DNA of 63,456 nucleotides, counting the filler, from Collodictyon triciliatum (Eukaryota), in NCBI GenBank assembly GCA_043381765.1. It is 12 parts of 12 records of this genome, joined end to end, with 100 filler letters (N's around TTAATTAATTAA, not from the genome) between each part and the next. Parts side by side here need not be neighbours in the genome. Positions count along the whole stretch, not along the records: positions 55,545 to 61,165 come from JBHJMP010005068.1; positions 61,266 to 63,456 come from JBHJMP010005101.1; 10 more parts are not named here. The stretch is one strand, 5' to 3'. Made by a program: the position numbers and the translations under genes. Of the stretch, positions 61,133 through 63,456 are shown piece by piece (within the stretch, counting starts at the first letter, position 1; each line of letters opens with the position of its first letter). The notes below the pieces were generated by a model. It worked only from the letters and a program-made list of their open reading frames with translations. It did no database searches and was not told the origin of the DNA.

Positions 61133-61554
61133 CACCTAAAAAAAAAAAAAGCTTCCAACAAACCCNNNNNNNNNNNNNNNNNNNNNNNNNNNNNNNNNNN
61201 NNNNNNNNNTTAATTAATTAANNNNNNNNNNNNNNNNNNNNNNNNNNNNNNNNNNNNNNNNNNNNATAATAATAAACATAATAATAAACATAATAATAAA
61301 CATAATAATAAACATAATAATAAACATAATAATAAACATAATAATAAACATAATAATAAACATAATAATAATATAGTACCTGAATATGTAAACAATAAAT
61401 ACATAAAACTAGTTGCATTTTGCATATAATAGTGAAAAAAAAACAAAGAAAAATATTGCGCATTCTTTTTAACAAGCATTCACTATTAGAATTCTCAACA
61501 AGGGGATTCCTCAAACCGATACGCTAATTCTCAATATGGCGCATCCTCAATCAG

Positions 61555-63108
61555 CTTCCAACAAGAGTCTAACCCTTCGACCTTATCAAACCGGCCTGGT
61601 AGTGCGAAGCAGAGAAGTTCTCAATCAGCAAAGAGCTTTGGTACAGCCCCCACCCCGGCAGGTGGATTTGGCGCTCCAATGAGCGGTCCAGTTATCTTAT
61701 CGCTGGTTGAATGCACCGTATGTGGTCGCCGTTTTAATGCAGATCGCATCGAAAAACATATATCAGCATGTAAAAAAGCTCAAAAGCCCCGCAAAAAATT
61801 TGACTCCTCAGCCGCTCGTGCGCGTGATACTGAATTAGAGGGATTTCGACCAAAGGTTACTTCCTTTGTATAATCTACGTGTTATCTATGACGAATTTTT
61901 CTCAATATATCATTAAATGTTCGATATTCTTGATAATCAAGCCTTAATCATATACTTTGAATCGAATAAAGGAGAAAAAAGGCCTTAAGCATAAAATCTA
62001 TCCTCGTGACTTTTTATCATAATTTTAAATCCGATTCCATTTTGAACGAATTGATTTATGCCTACATGCTAATTTTTAAAAATATGAAATATACAGATTG
62101 CAGTAGGTGATAGCCACGTTAAATATACTCATTCATGTATCATTAATTTTTATTTATTCCTCGGGCCAGAAAATCTCTACAGTAGGCCCGCAACAACGAG
62201 GCGGTGCTCCGATGAAGTCCACCTCTGGTAAAGGGAGTAACTGGAGAAGGCAGCATGAGGAGTTTATTCGAGCCGTTAGAGATGCTAAAAAGGTCTCTCA
62301 GTACGTCGCAGCTGGAGGGAACTTAGCAGACTTACCTCCTCCGCCACCTTCCGAAAATCCGGACTATGTACAGTGTCCCCACTGTAGAAGACGATTCAAT
62401 GAAAGTAAATATACAAGTCACATAATATTTTCAGTTTCAGTTTCACTATGCCTATTATTATTAATATGATTATGATTATGATTATGATTATGATTATGAT
62501 TATGATTATGATTATGATTATGATTATTATTCCATGAACTCATGCCAATGCTTCGCTATTTGTAGTCCTTTTACCTGACTTTTTTTCATGACTAGCCCAG
62601 AAGGCGCATACCTAATTGAAATACTTGTCCTAACCCAACCAATATCTCACCCGAAGCCGCCGCCAGTCGACACATCCCATCATGTGCGACCACAATCAAC
62701 AAACCCAAACCGCCGCCTCACATGCGAAACCCATCCCCGCAAAGAAAAGCAGCAGAGCCGCAACGCACTCCGCAACCGGAGCCGTTGAACCGTGCTCGTG
62801 GCTCAAACAGCCCCGCAACGCGCCGGGAAACGCAACGCCCCGACCAAAAGTCAGACAACTATCGCAGTACCGGCTTGGGTGGTCGGCCGGCGAGTGGGCC
62901 TCAAGCCAGCGGGTTTCTTCCCAGCAGCAACCCTGCGAGCGGCCAAAGGCAGCCGAGTGTCGAGAGAAGAGGCCCGAACGCTCATGCCTCGTCGGCTTCT
63001 GTAACGAGCCCGCCTCCAGCCCCTGCAAAGTTTTGTTTCAACTGCGGCCTTCGATACCAGACGGCGAACGAGAGATTCTGTTGCCAGTGCGGTTGTCGGA
63101 GGATGTAA
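61555..63108 (+). CDS. ZC2HC1A: Zinc finger C2HC domain protein 1A-like, 5' partial
   Basis: CTVCGRRFNADRIEKHISAC, NWRRQHEEFIRAVR, PPPPSENPDYVQCPHCRRRFNETAASRHIPSC, and C-terminal KFCFNCG...RFCCQCGCRRM*. Confidence 0.9.
61940..61995 (+). mobile_element. Micro-retroposon copy 3 (CTTTGAATCGAATAAAGGAGAAAAAA) with decayed 15 bp TSD, in a ZC2HC1A intron
   Basis: Insert at 61955-61980. Flanks agccttaatcatata and ggccttaagcataaa are 12/15 identical. Confidence 0.65.
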
Positions 63109-63456
63109 GTTAGCTGTTTTTAACCTGTGAAGTGCAGATGAGACACTTGAACGGAATGGCATTTAAAATCATAAAACCAGAGATGAAAACTCGACTACTC
63201 GTTGTCGGAATGCGTCAACAGTCAGAAGTAAGAAAAGCAAAATAAGAGAAAATAAAGAAGAAAAAAAAAAGGAGTTAATATCCCAAGGCATATTGACATG
63301 GAAACAACAAATGAAAAAGTAAACAAAGAAAAAATATGATCCTTTCGTGTGATCACCAGCCTCGAAAGAACAAATGCTTGTAAGGAGGTTGCAAACTTAG
63401 GACGTTGCTATCTTCCTTTTCCTTTCTTTCGCTTTTCTTTTCTTTTCTTTTCTTTT

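Overview
Eukaryotic (protist-like) genomic DNA, intron-rich and read with the standard genetic code. The window is an artificial concatenation of 12 unrelated contigs. The ten complete ones are about 5.62-5.65 kb, in near-decreasing size order, and are joined by 100-nt N/TTAATTAATTAA spacers. Most genes are therefore truncated, and adjacency across spacers is meaningless. Genes reconstructed by manual splicing: a CK1 kinase with a plant MUT9/MLK-type C-terminal repeat domain, ATP12 (3' end), URI1, FCP1 (5' end), an NhaC-family antiporter (about 17 exons), a protein ending in a stand-alone dynein-MTBD-like domain, tRNA-Glu(CTC), an NHL-repeat protein, a GH5 3' end, an AANAT-like GNAT, cyclin T/K-like, TRIP4/ASC-1, a PHD+SPOC-like protein, an IPT/TIG-REJ surface protein, NEDD1, a SERHL-like hydrolase, an SGNH/PC-esterase-like protein, NAPRT, epsilon-COP, a pseudo-receiver + pseudo-PDE, and ZC2HC1A. 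The most unusual signal is a dispersed 20-26 bp element, (CTTT)GAATCGAATAAAGG(A)n, flanked by 15-17 bp target-site duplications. It has 3 clear and 2 decayed copies on 5 different contigs and looks like a minimal retroposon family. Also notable are several GC-AG introns with off-consensus donors and frequent AAG acceptors. All family assignments come from recalled motifs, not database searches.
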